Source: Tubulanus polymorphus
Lineage: Eukaryota; Animalia; Nemertea
Length of the DNA: 64,000 nt
NCBI RefSeq assembly: GCF_964204645.1
Contig: NC_134026.1
Coordinates: 13,514,050-13,578,049 of the forward strand
Reading direction: 5' to 3'
Made by a program: the position numbers and the translations under genes. Below are positions 50,373-63,938 of this stretch, piece by piece. The notes beneath the pieces are model-generated. The model was not told the DNA's origin, did not search any database, and saw only the letters and a list, made by a program, of their open reading frames with translations. Position 1 is the first letter of the stretch. Every line of letters begins with the position of its first letter.

Positions 50373-51690
50373 CTACACTAAAGGGTCCGATCGGAAAGAA
50401 CGGACACCTTGAGCCATGACAACAGGACCAAGTGAAGCTAATGAGCCCAACTGGCCTGAAACATCCCGTAAATAAAATGACGTGAATGTCGATGGAGAAT
50501 TCCAAAAGGCGGCCCGACAGACTTCCTCCAACGGAGCACCCAAAAAGGCTGCGCAGGAAGTAGCCATAGACCTCACTTGATGAGAAACCACTCCCTCCGA
50601 GGAAAGATTCTCCTTCAATAAAATGTCCTTGATCAGTGAAGAGACCCATCGGGCCACTGTGTCCCGCGAAATATCACCCTTAAGGTGATCCAGCAGCGGA
50701 ATAAATAACCGCTCCCGTGAACCCCTCCGTGAAACAGAGCGATCTAAATAGAAACACAACGCCCGCACAGGACATAAAGTCCTGTCCGGGATGCCCAGTT
50801 CCACTCGATGTTTTAGGGCTTCAATTCGCCATTGACGCCCAACCGAGCCTGGTCGTTGGTTCTTTGCCACAAATTCCAAAGCAGGCCGCAGCGAAACAAA
50901 TTCCTTTGCTGGCCCGAAGACAATATGACCTTGACGGACTGAAAGCGCATGAATCTCAGAGCGACGGGCCGAGCAAGCCAAGAACAAAAAGGGTGCGCAG
51001 GAAGTAGCCATAGACCTCACTTGATGAGAAACCACTCCCTCCGAGGAAAGATTCTCCTTCAATAAAATGTCCTTGATCAGTGAAGAGACCCATCGGGCCA
51101 CTGTGTCCCGCGAAATATCACCCTTAAGGTGATCCAGCAGCGGAATAAATAACCGCTCCCGTGAACCCCTCCGTGAAACAGAGCGATCTAAATAGAAACA
51201 CAACGCCCAGTTCCACTCGATGTTTTAGGGCTTCAATTCGCCATTGACGCCCAACCGAGCCTGGTCGTTGGTTCTTTGCCACAAATTCCAAAGCAGGCCG
51301 CAGCGAAACAAATTCCTTCGCTGGCCCGAAGACAATATGACCTTGACGGACTGAAAGCGCATGAATCTCAGAGCGACGGGCCGAGCAAGCCAAGAACAGC
51401 AAAAATACAGTCTTTTTTGACAAATTTGCAAATGACGCTGCCGAAAGAGGTTCAAATGGAGCCTCCATTAACTTCTTCGAAATTACAAACAGATCCCATG
51501 GTGGAACTGTCCTTGGTACCCGAGGCCGGGAAATAGAAAACCCTGCAACCAGCTGGGATATCCGATGAACCCCTGCTACATTTGGCCATCCAGAAGCACG
51601 CAATGTATGAGAAATCGCGGAGCGGTAACCTTTAATAGTTATGACCTGCAAACCTTTTACTTCAAATAGGTGCAGTAAAAAATCTGCCAA
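50373..51690 (-). pseudogene. DIRS tyrosine recombinase with internal tandem duplication
   Basis: ARRSEIHAL, LCPVRAL, HQVRSMATS, FWNSPSTFTSFY catalytic motifs. Confidence 0.9.
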
Positions 51691-51695
51691 TTGAG

Positions 51696-53488
51696 CTACA
51701 GAGGGTGAGCATGGATCAATTTACCCTGCAGCACACCATTCCGCAAAATGACTCCATTTGGCATCGTAAATGGTACTTGTTGATGGCCGCTTAGATCCTG
51801 CGATAAAGGAGGCAGCCTGTTCTGAAAAGCCTGAAGCTGACAAGGATCGCTGGACAATGGCCAGGCTAGCAGATTTAACCACTGGCTGTTTGGATGATGC
51901 CGAAAGTTCCCCTGAGACAGAAGCGATGGGAAATTCGGAAGAATCCTGGGGTTGTTGCACAGTAGGTTGAGAAGTGGTAGGAACCATTTCTGAGCCGGCC
52001 AACATGGTGCTACCAGAACTATGTTGCAATTGACTGATCTCTCTATTTGATCCAGTAAGCGCAGCAGGACTGGTGTGGGCGGGAACGCATACGCATGCAT
52101 CCCCGACCAGTCCAGAGAGAAGGCATCGACCCCCCCTTCCACACGGCCAGCATTTCTAGGAAATTTTTGTGGTTGGTGGCCTCGTAGCAGGACAATCTCC
52201 CGGCTTTGAGTCGGTTCTCCAGATGTGCCCCCCATCCTTGGTGACTGGCATCCGTGAATACACTGGAGCCTCTAACGGGGCTAGTGACACCCCGAGCCGA
52301 AGATTCGTAGTTGCCGCCCACCACTGAAGATCCGGACTTAGATGGGTTGGAGGTACGGGAATCAAGGTCTCCCAGTTGCCCTTTGACTGAGACCAGAAGA
52401 CCTTCCAATATTGTTGCAAGCGCCTGCTTCTGAGGCGGCCTAAGGGTACCACCAGACCCATGGAGCTGATGGAGCCTAGAAGCCGTGACCAGTAACGAGC
52501 TGTTCTCGGGGTTGTGGACACTCCCGCTACAGCTTCTTGAAGTTTGGCTACTCGGGCCATAGACGGAAAGACTTTGCCGATTCGGAGATGGAAGTCCATG
52601 CCGAGATAAGTGAACAGTTGGGCCGGCGTCAACTGAGATTTTTTCCCTGTTTACGCGGAACCATAGCTGATGGACTAAGTCCAAGACTGAGGTCATTGCC
52701 TCCCGACATTCCTGAGCCAAATTCGCGACTATTAACCAGTCGTCGAGGTGAACGAACAGTCGAACACCCCTTGACTGAAGTACCTTCTGAACAGACTTGA
52801 CCAACTTGGTGAAAACCCACGGGGCCATACTGAGGCCAAATGGAAGAGACCTGAATTGGAACTGGCGGCCTTTCCACATTATCCTGAGAAATCGCCGAGA
52901 TTTTGGGTAAATTGGAACCTGAAAGTAAGCATCTTTCAGGTCCAATGAAGCCGCCCATTGACCCGGACGGAGCCCTTGAATCACCTCCTTGGGCTTGGTC
53001 ATCCGGAACCTTGGAATGTCTAGGTGCCGATTGAGGGATGACAGATCTATCACTGTCCGTTGACCCCCTGTGGCCTTTGGTACCATGAATATTCGAGAAA
53101 ACCAGCCGGGAGAAGTTTCGTTGCAAACTGGTTCTATCGCTCCCTTCTGGGCCAATTCCTTGAGAGCCGGAGAGATTAAGGCCTCCTGACCTGGTTTTGG
53201 CCGCATGTCGGGAGGTGACCTCATCAGGCGCGGTCTCCTTAGGAAACGGAGACGGTAACCACGAGAGACGACCCGGGAGGGCCAACCGTCTCCAAAAAGG
53301 TCGGACCAGTGGGTTGCTGCCTGCTGCAGACAACCTCCCACTGGTCCCAAAAATTTATTTCGAGTTTTTCCGAAAGGAAGAGCCCCTTTTTGGAGCCTTC
53401 CCCTTGCCTCGATACGAACCGGAACTGTTACGACCGGACGAGGCTTGACACGATTGTTGAAGTTGCGCGCTAGTTCTCCAACCGGCAT
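51696..53488 (-). pseudogene. DIRS RT / RNase H / MT-like ORF (frameshifted, partly deleted)
   Basis: SLDLKDAYFQVPI, LPFGLSMAP, VHLDDWL, VFTDAS, VDAFSLDW..AYAFPP. Confidence 0.9.
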
Positions 53489-54062
53489 CCGAAGCCGCCT
53501 GAGAAAGCGCTGAAGTTTGAGATGGTCCTGTTTGCGTCCGTGCCGAACCTTGCACCGCCGGCGTCAGACCAGAACGCTTTTTCCACGGAGTTCGGGGGTT
53601 GGACTTGGCCTGAACCTCCCGAATCTTCCTCAGCTCTGCGGAATCCGGAGCGCACCAACCGGAGAAGAGACGTGAAGACGTCCCCAATGGGGCTCTCAGC
53701 AAAGCATTGGACACCATATCCGGTAGAGTTTTGGACCTGGAGTCCATCACTGACTGACGGGAGGCTAACACAAGATTAGCCAGACCCCGAACCGACAACG
53801 GAATTACATGCGAAACAGACCGAGCCAAAGATTGGATAATCCGGTCCATTCCCTCCAGTTTTAGGGCAACTGACTCTGGGTTGGAGCCCGCATGAATGGC
53901 GGCGTGAGTCTCGCGAAGCTCACCCGTCAACACCTTAAGTGCCATATCTTGAAACGAACCAACCCTGGTAAGATTGTCCAGGATTGACGTCATGGCCACC
54001 AAACCGGACTTAGGCAAACGAATACCCGACTGTGCTGTAACAGTATCCGGGCTGATCAAAGT

Positions 54063-57000
54063 CACGACGGTACGAGTAAAGGCAAATGCGACCATGTCGA
54101 ACGTTATGACGTAGCGCGTCTCTATTGGTTAAATTGATTGTTGCGCTAAAAATAGCTTCGCGGTTGAGCGCGCGTGTTGAATGAATACGGAACGGCACCC
54201 GGACTAATGTCACGTTTTAAGGTATTAAGTTTTTGGGATTCGAACCGAAACATATCTAAAACGAAATTATACGTGTTTTAGCGTTTAGCTATGTTCCAGT
54301 TTTCTCAACTTTCGCCATATTAATTTCCCAGGGCGGCGCTGAAAACCAGGAAGTAATTTTGTCATTTTGCCGGTTTTGGGCCTCCGAAATCTCAAAGTTT
54401 TGGAAGAATTTAAGGTAGAATAGACAGTTCAGTCATCCAAATACCCAATAGTATTAAAACCCATCTAAAAAAGAATAGAATGATACCTTATATGTCTATA
54501 TGGCATTGGAAATAAGTGAGATATTCCCAGTTTCTCGTACTACTTCAAAACTAATTTTATGAGCTAGCGTTTTTACCTTATTAATTTTGATGACTTTTAC
54601 CCGAATATAATTGGGTTCATTCGAAATCTGAAAACATACGTAATTAGATCTTGTTCTCCTGTCAATTTTGATATATAGAATGTGTACTCCCTATTACGAG
54701 TTGACTTAGAATTTGTGTCATCAAGTTAGGCCTAATCGTAAACTGCGGACCAAATTCGAAAATTATTGTAATTGGACTAGTGCCACAGTCTATAAAACAC
54801 ATACTGAGACTTATTGAATCCTGAAATGAAGGACTGTTATGAGAGTAATCATTTGGCATAAGGAAATATTGAATTCGTTGCGTAATATGTCTAAACTAGG
54901 ATTTTCCACGAGAAAGGCGTAAAAGCGCAGGCGTTACCTCAATTTTGGCTCTGACACAGAAATTTGTGTGCAGGTCTTCGGGTGGTGGGGCCATTTTTGT
55001 AGGGGATTTCCCTGAAAATTCTGACTAATTACTGCGCTGTCACAGTAAACAATTGATTAATACAGACTCGAAAATGTGTGTCTGTCCTGTCCAACAGTGC
55101 CGCACCCTTGTTGTGGAAACGGCTAAAGGGAAATAAATTTGATTGATCTGTTTCTCGTGGAAAACCAGCCTATGGCTCATTTTCACGCATCTCACATCTA
55201 ATGTCGAATTCAGTTTTGTTTGAAAGGATATCAGGTTGTCTGGCTCAGTAAGTGTTTAGTGTAGGCCTACTAGGGACCTATGTTTATTGTATTGGAAGAT
55301 TGCCAAAAATCTTTGAATTGTTAATTTTATTTTAAAGATAATATATTTTTTGTTTTATAGGATTCGTCAGTTATTTGTCAGACATAGCAGATATTTTATA
55401 ACCGATTTTCCCATTCAAATGTAAGTTGTATCGAGCAGAAATTTGCATTTTTTTCATATTTATTTGTTTATAACATAATATTGACATTTGTTTATTTCAG
55501 GTAGATGGCAAGTAGCGTGCATTTGGTTCTGATGGTACCCATGGAATTCAGCAGTTGGCCTTCCATATCATATCAATACATTTTACAAATTAGTAACCGC
55601 AATTGCTCAAATGGCTTGTTGCATTCAAACCTTCTGTCTCATTGTTTTAGGTTGGAAATAAAAGATTGATGTACTTTCAATTTGCTTCTTTTTCTGACTG
55701 CGATATACGTATATTACCACGTCTACAGCTCGTTGAACCCGGGTTTCAAAGTATGCGGGTTCATATGAACCCAGCGTTTGCAGGGCTGCATCTACACTTA
55801 ATTTAGCTCCAGTAACTGAATCCACATCTGGTCTCAGTTTCACAAAAGAGTTAAACTCAAATTTTTGGTGTAATTGCTATTGGGTACTTCATGTTTTGAA
55901 TGAGGACAACAATTCAAACTTAACCGTTTTAGGCTTAAACTTTTTCGTGAAACTGGGCCCTGTAGAGTTTTTCGTGAACATAGGTTCAATTCTCAATAGG
56001 TTATATAACTCCTTTTTCAAAAACCTGGCTTTTTGCATTCAACCCGTGTTTCGAGCTTAGTGTAGACGCATAACCTCGGTATAAGATGCAAGTGTAGACG
56101 AAGCTTCTCTTATTTTCTTCTGTTAGTAGGAATGAATAGGAATTCACGACTTCAAGAATACGCATAAGAAAAAGCTCTTTTATATGTTTAGATTTATTCA
56201 AACATCAAAGTGAAAAGATGGAAACAAGTAAAATCTTGACAATCCCCAGTTTAAAGATTCAACTTCATGCCCTTGTACTTGATATCTGCATCACCTAAAA
56301 ATGAATAAAAGCAAACAAAAAAATCAATTGATTGCTGAAAGTTAAATGATTCAATACAGCAGCGATGACTACAGATGATGTATTTACCATTCAGTCAGTG
56401 AGGCCTACTCACTTTTTATCATCTCCAATCCTGTAAACCTGGCTTATCTAGTCACAAGTTGACCTCTAAATTAGCATTGTTCCGGTTCCTGTAACAGGCT
56501 GAACTCTCTGAAAAAAAAAAACATTGCCTTTGAAATAAAAAAATTGCATGTGGAAATTTATCTCAAGACTTCATAGTTATGTAAATAAATGACATGAATA
56601 GCCTACCGTCTTACGACTCTAAGAGGCCTAGGCCTACTTTTCGGGTCCATGGAAAAATCATTCGACACTAGTAGATAGGTGGTCTGTCAAAAATGTTTCC
56701 TAAAAATAAGATAAGTAGCAGTGAGTACACTACCTACACGTACACTCAACCCCCAGTAGATTGTTTGATGAGAACCTAATCTACTAAAGTATCGCTTGTC
56801 CATGTTTTTGTAGACTACATTAAAGTGTGGATGGAGTAGACACTTGAAGATAATTAGACACCGTAGAATTGAGTGCAGGACACTTACATTTGTTTCGTTT
56901 ATTCTTCTCGTTAGGACCTTGGCTGCTTCGGGAATCAGGTTCCGATTCGATGCGACAGAAGAGTAGTAGTAGGCCTGTACCACATGGCATGACCGAGTAC

Positions 57001-57498
57001 CGACAGCTGATATTTTATCGGTCGTAGCGCACTATTTTATCATGATCCATAGCCATATTCCAACCTTGGTGCCTTGAGTGCGGTACAGTTATTCTTTTAA
57101 ACGGACTTGGGCCATTTGTGATGTGAAATACTACATTTTATACCAGATCCAGTCAGTTAAAGAACATTCTCCGTCTTGTTTATCATGACGGCCGCCATTT
57201 TGACTAGCGGTAATTGATGATTGACACCAATCAAATTTTTAAAACTAATCTTCCAGCGATGTTGCTTTCAATTAATTTTATGTTTTATATGTTATTTATA
57301 GTCTTTAAATGGATTCTTTTATAAATATTATTTAAAATACATCGCAGAATAGATTTTAGATCCTTCCACGCGCGTATCGCGAGACCGCGCGGTGTTGTTT
57401 ATTAAGAGTATTATGACGTCATAACAACATTCGCGCACCTAGATAGTTCACGTGTTTGGTGTCAAGGTCGCTGAAAGTTGCGGCTCTGTACCTTCGTG
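54063..57498. mobile_element. Non-autonomous DNA transposon, CAC..GTG termini, 4-bp TSD AAGT (Chapaev/CMC-like)
   Basis: CACGACGGTAC / GTACCTTCGTG TIR; AAGT at 54059-54062 and 57499-57502; empty site TCAAAGTATAATC at about 3431-3443. Confidence 0.85.
55831..55959. mobile_element. Small PIF/Harbinger-like MITE
   Basis: Imperfect TIR GTCTCAGTTTCACAAAA / TTTCGTGAAACTGGGCC with CTG on both sides. Confidence 0.5.
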
Positions 57499-59361
57499 AA
57501 GTATAATCAGCATCCAGGCAGTTATGACTGTGATCCACAGCACCTGGAGTTGCGTAATACGCCGAGCGAAATGCGCCTATAGGTGGATCGGTTGAACTAA
57601 AATATTTCCCAGATTTCATACCCCGTTCTGGAGGGGGAAATGAAAATGTTCCAGGTCGACATTCACCCCATAATTGCGTATCCAATCGAGCCCATTCTCT
57701 CGAAAGCGCTAACGATTCCCGTAAAACTTTAAGATCGGAGTCTGGAGGGCGATAAGCTTCCATTGACTCACCGACCAGAGGAGCTGCTGTGGGCTTAGCG
57801 CGAGTTGCCCCGTGCTTGACAAAGAACTCACTTATCATCGCTCTAAATGGCATGTCCCCCGCTGGTTCGGATAAAACTGAAGGGGACGGAGATACATTGC
57901 GAACCAGGGAAGCCCCCATCGTCTGGGGCAACCCACAATTGCTCGCGACAGGAACGACCCCAGAAGGAATTGCCGCTTCTCGGACCGGATCCTCATTGAA
58001 ATCAGACCCTACCGCAGCATCCAGGAATTCAGAGTCAGAATTCCGAAGAACTGAGTGGGCTGGCGAACTTCTAACTGGACAATCAGGAATAGGCTTACCT
58101 GTTGTAGAGGTTGCAGCGACTTGTTGCGACGAAGATAACAAGTTTAAAATTTTCTCTTCAAATACATGGAAATCCTTCTGAGTCAGGTATTTTCCAGTAT
58201 CCCAACGACCATGCCGACTTCGGTGACGGTCCCTCAAACGGGATCGAGACCTACTAGAAGAATCGCCTTCATCGCTAACCGACGTCGACGAACGATGAGA
58301 AGACCGACGGCGAAACTTCCGACAATAATGATCGTAGTCCCTCTCGCGATCAAACCTTGATCTGCGAGAAGGAGATCTTGCTCGTTTATTACGCTCACGG
58401 CGTCTAAATCTAGTGGGAGAGCGAGCTCTATCCCCGGAGCGACGATCACAATCAGACGATGAACGTACCGGATGTTTTGAACCGGACAACGTCTGGACCG
58501 GACCGGCCCGAACCGGACCGATGCCCGACCCGGACCGGACCAGTACCGACCGAACTGGTGCGGGCGGTTCCCGACTACCGCGGCCCGCACTTGGTTCCGA
58601 ACATGTAGTCTGAACCGGCCGAACCGGTGAACGACCAGAGACCGGTGAATGACCGGAAACCGGTGCCGGTGAACCAGCGTTCCTCCCCGGTGAACGGAGT
58701 TGGGAAGCCGATCGTACCTGAACGACCGGCGACCGCTCCGCTTTATGATAAGAAACAGGATTAGAAACGTCGGTTGGCACGTTGGCCGAAACCGACGAAT
58801 CCCTGCTAACTCCACGACGATCTCTTAGTTTAAGAGCCTTATCGGCCCGAAGCCCAAGGTCCTCGGACCACACCTCGCAAATCTTGCAAGGATTGCTCCT
58901 TGCACATATTTGATCGGATTTGCGCCTGCACGACGCACACGAATCGTGGTTGTCCCAGGCGCCAAACAAATGCCTGCATCCCTCCCCGCCACGATGTTGA
59001 CCCTTAAGAGGGGGTGGCATAATTATCCTGTTACAAATCAAATCAATTCAATTCAATCAAATTATATTTGTAAATAAAATTCTTACGAAAAAATAGAAAC
59101 CAGGCATAACCCCCAAACCGAACGGACTCACCGTTATGAGAGTGAAAACTCCCTAATATCCTAATTCCCAGATTTTTACGGCGAAAAAATCCAACGCGTT
59201 CTACTGCGAGAACGCCAAGAAAAAAGATGGCTAAATGCAATACCGCAGGGCCGGGTCGTATAGAAAAACCATTGGCGATCAATCCTAATTTAGAAAATAT
59301 TGGGAAAAACCATAGGAAAGGGTACAGTACTCGACGGAAATACATACTGTGTAATATCATA

Positions 59362-60054
59362 AAGTCTATCCCAGTGGTTATGACCGCAGCATTTCACTCT
59401 CAAAGAGCCAGTATCAACAACAATTTAATTGATACTGACAGCTTCAAGTGGTCAAACTCACCATGAGCATCGCTGCTTCGCTGGACCCCAGCTGCTTGTT
59501 ACTATGGTTACAGGCAAGAGTGAATAAAGAGCAAAACTTTTCCACACTTAATCCAAGAAAATGAAGTAATAAGCAATGAAAATTCAGTTTTGAAGTCTTG
59601 TTGCATTCAAGAGTGAATATTTTCGCTGGATGCTGAAGTCGGTGTTTACATTATGAAGCGTCAAAACCAATTTCCGAGTTGAAAGATTATATTTAGACGG
59701 AGTTTCAAGCAAAACAACAGCACTCGACTCATGAGATGATTCCAGATTATATATGCTCAAACTCTGAAGAGTTTATAGATGTACAAAATAAATCAATCAG
59801 ATTGAATTTGCCACATGACATGATTATTCCCAAAATGAAAATAAAAAATTCAAGAAAGGATTTTGTAAAATTATAAAAATAGGAATTTTATATCCTTTCA
59901 TGAATGGCCAGGATGGTATATTATTCACTCTTGAATGCAGTAGTCGCTTGACCTCAATTACTCGTACGGCTGAGTGATAGAAACCACAGGGATCCCGATA
60001 TGTTAGTGTAACAACTCTTTGATGCACCGCGGTCATAACTACTGGGATAGACTT
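59362..60054. mobile_element. 693-bp MITE with TA target duplication
   Basis: TIR AAGTCTATCCCAGTGGTTATGACCGC / GCGGTCATAACTACTGGGATAGACTT; removing it restores the host repeat TAATATCATAGTCCTG. Confidence 0.85.
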
Positions 60055-61323
60055 TAGTCCTGCAATCAATGGTTCTTCTTGAATCACGTTCACAGTGTTT
60101 CAGATGAATGACCCGAAGTGACCTTGACTTTTGATTATTGGACCCCGAAATCAATAGGGCATATCCTCTACCTAGGGGTAATCATACTGGGTAATATCAT
60201 AGCCCTGCGATCAACGGTTCTTCTTGAATCCCTTTCACAAGGTTTCACATGACCTGTAGTGACCTTGACCTTCAATCCTACGTCCCCAAAATCAATAGGG
60301 CAGATCCTCTCTCTAGGGGTAATCATACTGTGTAGTATCATAGTCCTACGATCAACTGTTCTTCTTTCACAAAAAGTGAACGCAATAGCCCGCTGGGACT
60401 AAAGTCCCAAGTGGGCTAAAAAGAGATGGAACTTATACCAACAGAAACTTTGGGATTGCAAGCATTAGAGGGTCATTTTGACACCAGGTTGGCATCTTTA
60501 AATGAATTTGAATGAGATATTTATATCATCGAAATCCAATGAACGGACATCATGATACCATGTAACTCACATGGAGTGATTGATTAATTTCAATTCTCAG
60601 TACTCAGTAGACTAAAATGTGTATATTAATTCCACTTTTGTGTGAAATTCCAACAGAAAAAAACCAATAAACCAAAGTTTAACCAATCTAACCACCTGCC
60701 ATTGTGGGATATATTTTCGCATGTTGCAGAGGAGACATTTTAATCCAATCTGAAATTATTAACCAGGAACCGGTTCAACAGTTCTTGATGAAATCTGCCT
60801 CAGAGTTAGTTTTAACTCAGAGTCAGAAACTAAATCTAAGTTGGCTGACTCAGTCAGTTAGTTTTGTGTTCCACAGTTCTCATTTAACTGAGAGTCAAAG
60901 TTATATCTCTATAGTAAGCATCTTAACTCAGAGTTTGAAGTGATCATTCTCAAAATGGCAACTTCCAGCAACAAAAAGCAGCATAAAACTAGAATGTCGC
61001 TGAAGACGACTGATGCCCTCACATCAGGTGAAACCCCTGAGTGTAAAATACACCCCGAGCGTATGTTGACCTATATATGAAGGCGGGAAATGAAAAATAC
61101 AAAACCTTTGACCTACAACACCCGAAATATAATCAATTACTCATGGCCTCTAGGGTAACCCATCCAAAAAAATCACCAAATTATCTTAAACCGCCTATGA
61201 GATAGGGCCGGAAATGAACAAGAGGCCCACAGGCCTTATACCTTCATGCCACAGTAGAAGAAGAATGATCCAGTTTTCAAAGTTTCACAGAAAGATTTAC
61301 ATTGTAATGATGTAACAAGTTTT

Positions 61324-62411
61324 AAACTAGGGGTCCAGGGACACCATGCCCACTTGGGAAGTGGTTTCCAATGCTCAACAATCTAACAATTTCAATATTC
61401 AACGCCCCCTGGTGACCATATACAAAAACCAATGACCTTGAAACTCACTTCAATCATAGAACATTTCAGCAGCTACGATTGATAACAAAATATGCCTCGG
61501 TACCAATTTGATATGGAAATACTATTAAGTAATTCTACTATTCAGTGCCCCCTGGTGACCATATGCAAAACCCAATGACCTTGAAACTCACAACAATCAT
61601 AGAACATGTCATAAACTACAACTTTGCAATCGATCATGGTAACATATTATGCCTTGGTACCAATCTAATAAGGAAACACTAAGTTATTCTACTATTCAAC
61701 GCCCCCTGGTGACCATATAGAATAACTAATGTCCTTAAAACTCACCACAATCATAGACAATGTCATGAGCTACAACTTTGCAATTGATTGTGGCAACAAA
61801 ATATGCTTAGGTATCAATATAATGTGGAAAAACTTTTTCCCACCCACGAATGAGTGCTGATGATACCAAGATGGCCGCCAATTGCGTCATAATTGGCCGA
61901 TCAAAAATACCTGGCTCAGATATAAAACATCCCTTTCCAAAGAATACCCTTCACAAATTGCAATGAGAAATGGCAAACCAGTAGGAAGCTACGGGACTCA
62001 GAATTTGGGCCAAAATTGACATTTTTGGGCACTAAAAAGGTCATAGGACAGCCATCTTGAGTCAGATCGACCCAATTTTTCTTATGCTGATGGACCCTTG
62101 GTAGATTCAAATATAAACGAAAGATCATGGTAATTGATTTAAGCGTCTTCAAAATCTCCCTCAAAAAGTGTAAAAAGTGCTGATTTTGACGAACAACAAT
62201 GGCTGCCAGTCGGCCATCTTGATTCTGACAGGGCCAGTTTTTGGGCTGAAGATGTGTCTAGGGTAGATACATGTACAAACCAAATATCAAGACATTACCT
62301 TGAAGCGTCTTCAAAACTTCCCAAAATAACTGGATTCCGCCTACGGACGGACGACGGATGAAAAGTGAACGCAATAGCCCGCTGGGACTAAAGTCCCATG
62401 TGGGCTAAAAA
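61324..62411 (-). mobile_element. Complete HINE-like element nested in a second-family HINE
   Basis: Same ends as 37640-38890, three cores; empty site TTTTAAAATAGTTAAGATGG seen at 45451. Confidence 0.85.
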
Positions 62412-63682
62412 GTTAAGATGGTATAGGCTATGTGGCAATAATGTTCATTTTCTGGTAAAATATCTTTACACGAAAAGACAAGCACAATTTGTTCAGAAAT
62501 CTAACCTGCCCCAATCACCATCAGGGGGACATAATGAAAGGTGATCTGAAGTAGTCATAGGATATCGTGTGACCTTAAAACTTTGCCAAGGGGCTTATCA
62601 TCCCATCAACTACATCTGCAAAACTTTCATTTCCATCAATTCTGCTTCATTTATAAGTTTATCTGACATTATCTTTTTCATGTATCAAACATCCAAGAAA
62701 ATAAATATGGCCATCAGTCGGCCATCTTGGATCCAATCACAAAATAAATGCAGATGCACAACCACATATCCAGATTAACATACGTGTTAAGTTACAAGAA
62801 GAGAAAGCCAGTAGTTTACGAGATCTTCGGACAAGATTGTGTCCATGGATGGACGACAACACGCAGGACAACCTGACTCCAGTATACTCCCTACACTTTA
62901 TTGTGGGGGGCAGAGCCGTATTATAAACCAAGCTGCAACATCTCCTTTAAGTAAATGATATTTATGTTAATTGACAGAATTTTCGGTCCACCAAACAGCT
63001 TAAAATAATGTCATAAAGAAACATCCACAGACAGACAGACACAGAGACACAGATACAGATACAGATAAACTGTTATCAATTTGAATAATGACGGTATACT
63101 GGGGCTTTAAAAAATTGAATTTCAAATAGACCCAGGTTCAATTTGAAATTGTGCGATAAGATCTTATTTACAGGAGTATATTTACTTACCCATTTCATAT
63201 AACTGTTGAATATTTCATCATGTTTCTCATGATGATCGAATGCCTTTTTCTCAATAGTAAGCACCGTGCGATTTGTGTTGTTAGAATCTCTATATACAAG
63301 TTTTGATAGTTCATTCCTTTTATTCAGTGTGCTGTGCATCACAGTTTTTTCTGTTAATCTCTATAAGAAGAAAAGGCAAGAATATTCATTTGCAGTGCAT
63401 GTTATATACCAAAGGACCCAATGATGGGACCCAAGGCCCTTATTCCCCAACACTTGAATGTAAAATTTCAAGGAAAATGCAGTCAATGATAAGGTTTTTA
63501 GACAGGGCCCATAGTAGTAAGGCTCAGGTTTTAATAAGCACTTATAAGCACCATTTCAAAACCCAAGATAAGCACTTACAAGCGCAATCCTGTAGATGCC
63601 TCAGTGCAGATCACATCCAAAGTAGCCATTTAAACACCCGCGTGTATGGGCGGCCATCCCCGCCAAACAGACTCTAAAGTCA

Positions 63683-63910
63683 TCACGTGAAGGATAAATC
63701 CATAACGTGAAGTACAATGTAGTAACGTGAAGGATAAACTCATAACGTGAAGGATAATGTCATGACATGAAGGATCAACCTTAAATCTAATGGGAAGGAT
63801 AAACCCATAACGTGAAGTATAATGTTGTAACGTGAAGGATCAACTCATAATGTGAAGTATAATGTCATGACGTGAAGGATCAACTCACGTCATCAAGGAT
63901 AAACCTATTA
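63683..63910 (+). repeat. 20-bp minisatellite (ACGTGAAGGATAAACCCATA variants)
   Basis: Directly visible. Confidence 0.85.
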
Positions 63911-63938
63911 TGTCAACAGATGGCGTGCCGGTCGGAAA

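Larger units (their letters stand above)
53355..59020 (-). pseudogene. DIRS gag-like ORF1 interrupted by the insertion at 54063-57498
   Basis: N-terminal Cys/His cluster (CRH..DNHDSCASC..C..PCKIC..W), RS-rich middle. CLDADYT|LISPDT rejoins as in the uninterrupted copy at 3132-3560. Confidence 0.88.
49746..59342 (-). mobile_element. DIRS retrotransposon with both ITRs and internal complementary region
   Basis: ITR 49787-49883 is inverted relative to 59228-59323; ICR at about 49962-50059 is complementary to both termini; gag, RT/RH/MT and YR ORFs. Confidence 0.95.
49243..60422 (-). mobile_element. HINE-like host element with TGACCTTGACC tandem cores, split by DIRS and MITE insertions
   Basis: Core repeats at 49300-49745 resume at 59343-59361 and 60055-60365; terminal hairpin at 60385-60420. 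Confidence 0.65.

Noticed and set aside
54899-55167. Additional MITE (TTTTCCACGAGAAA / TTTCTCGTGGAAAA inverted pair)
   Set aside because: 14-bp inverted match, but no clear TSD or second copy in the window.
57789-58815. Antisense/alternate-frame ORFs over DIRS gag (and similar ones over Penelope and BEL)
   Set aside because: Shadow ORFs of GC-rich or coding TE sequence without independent motifs.
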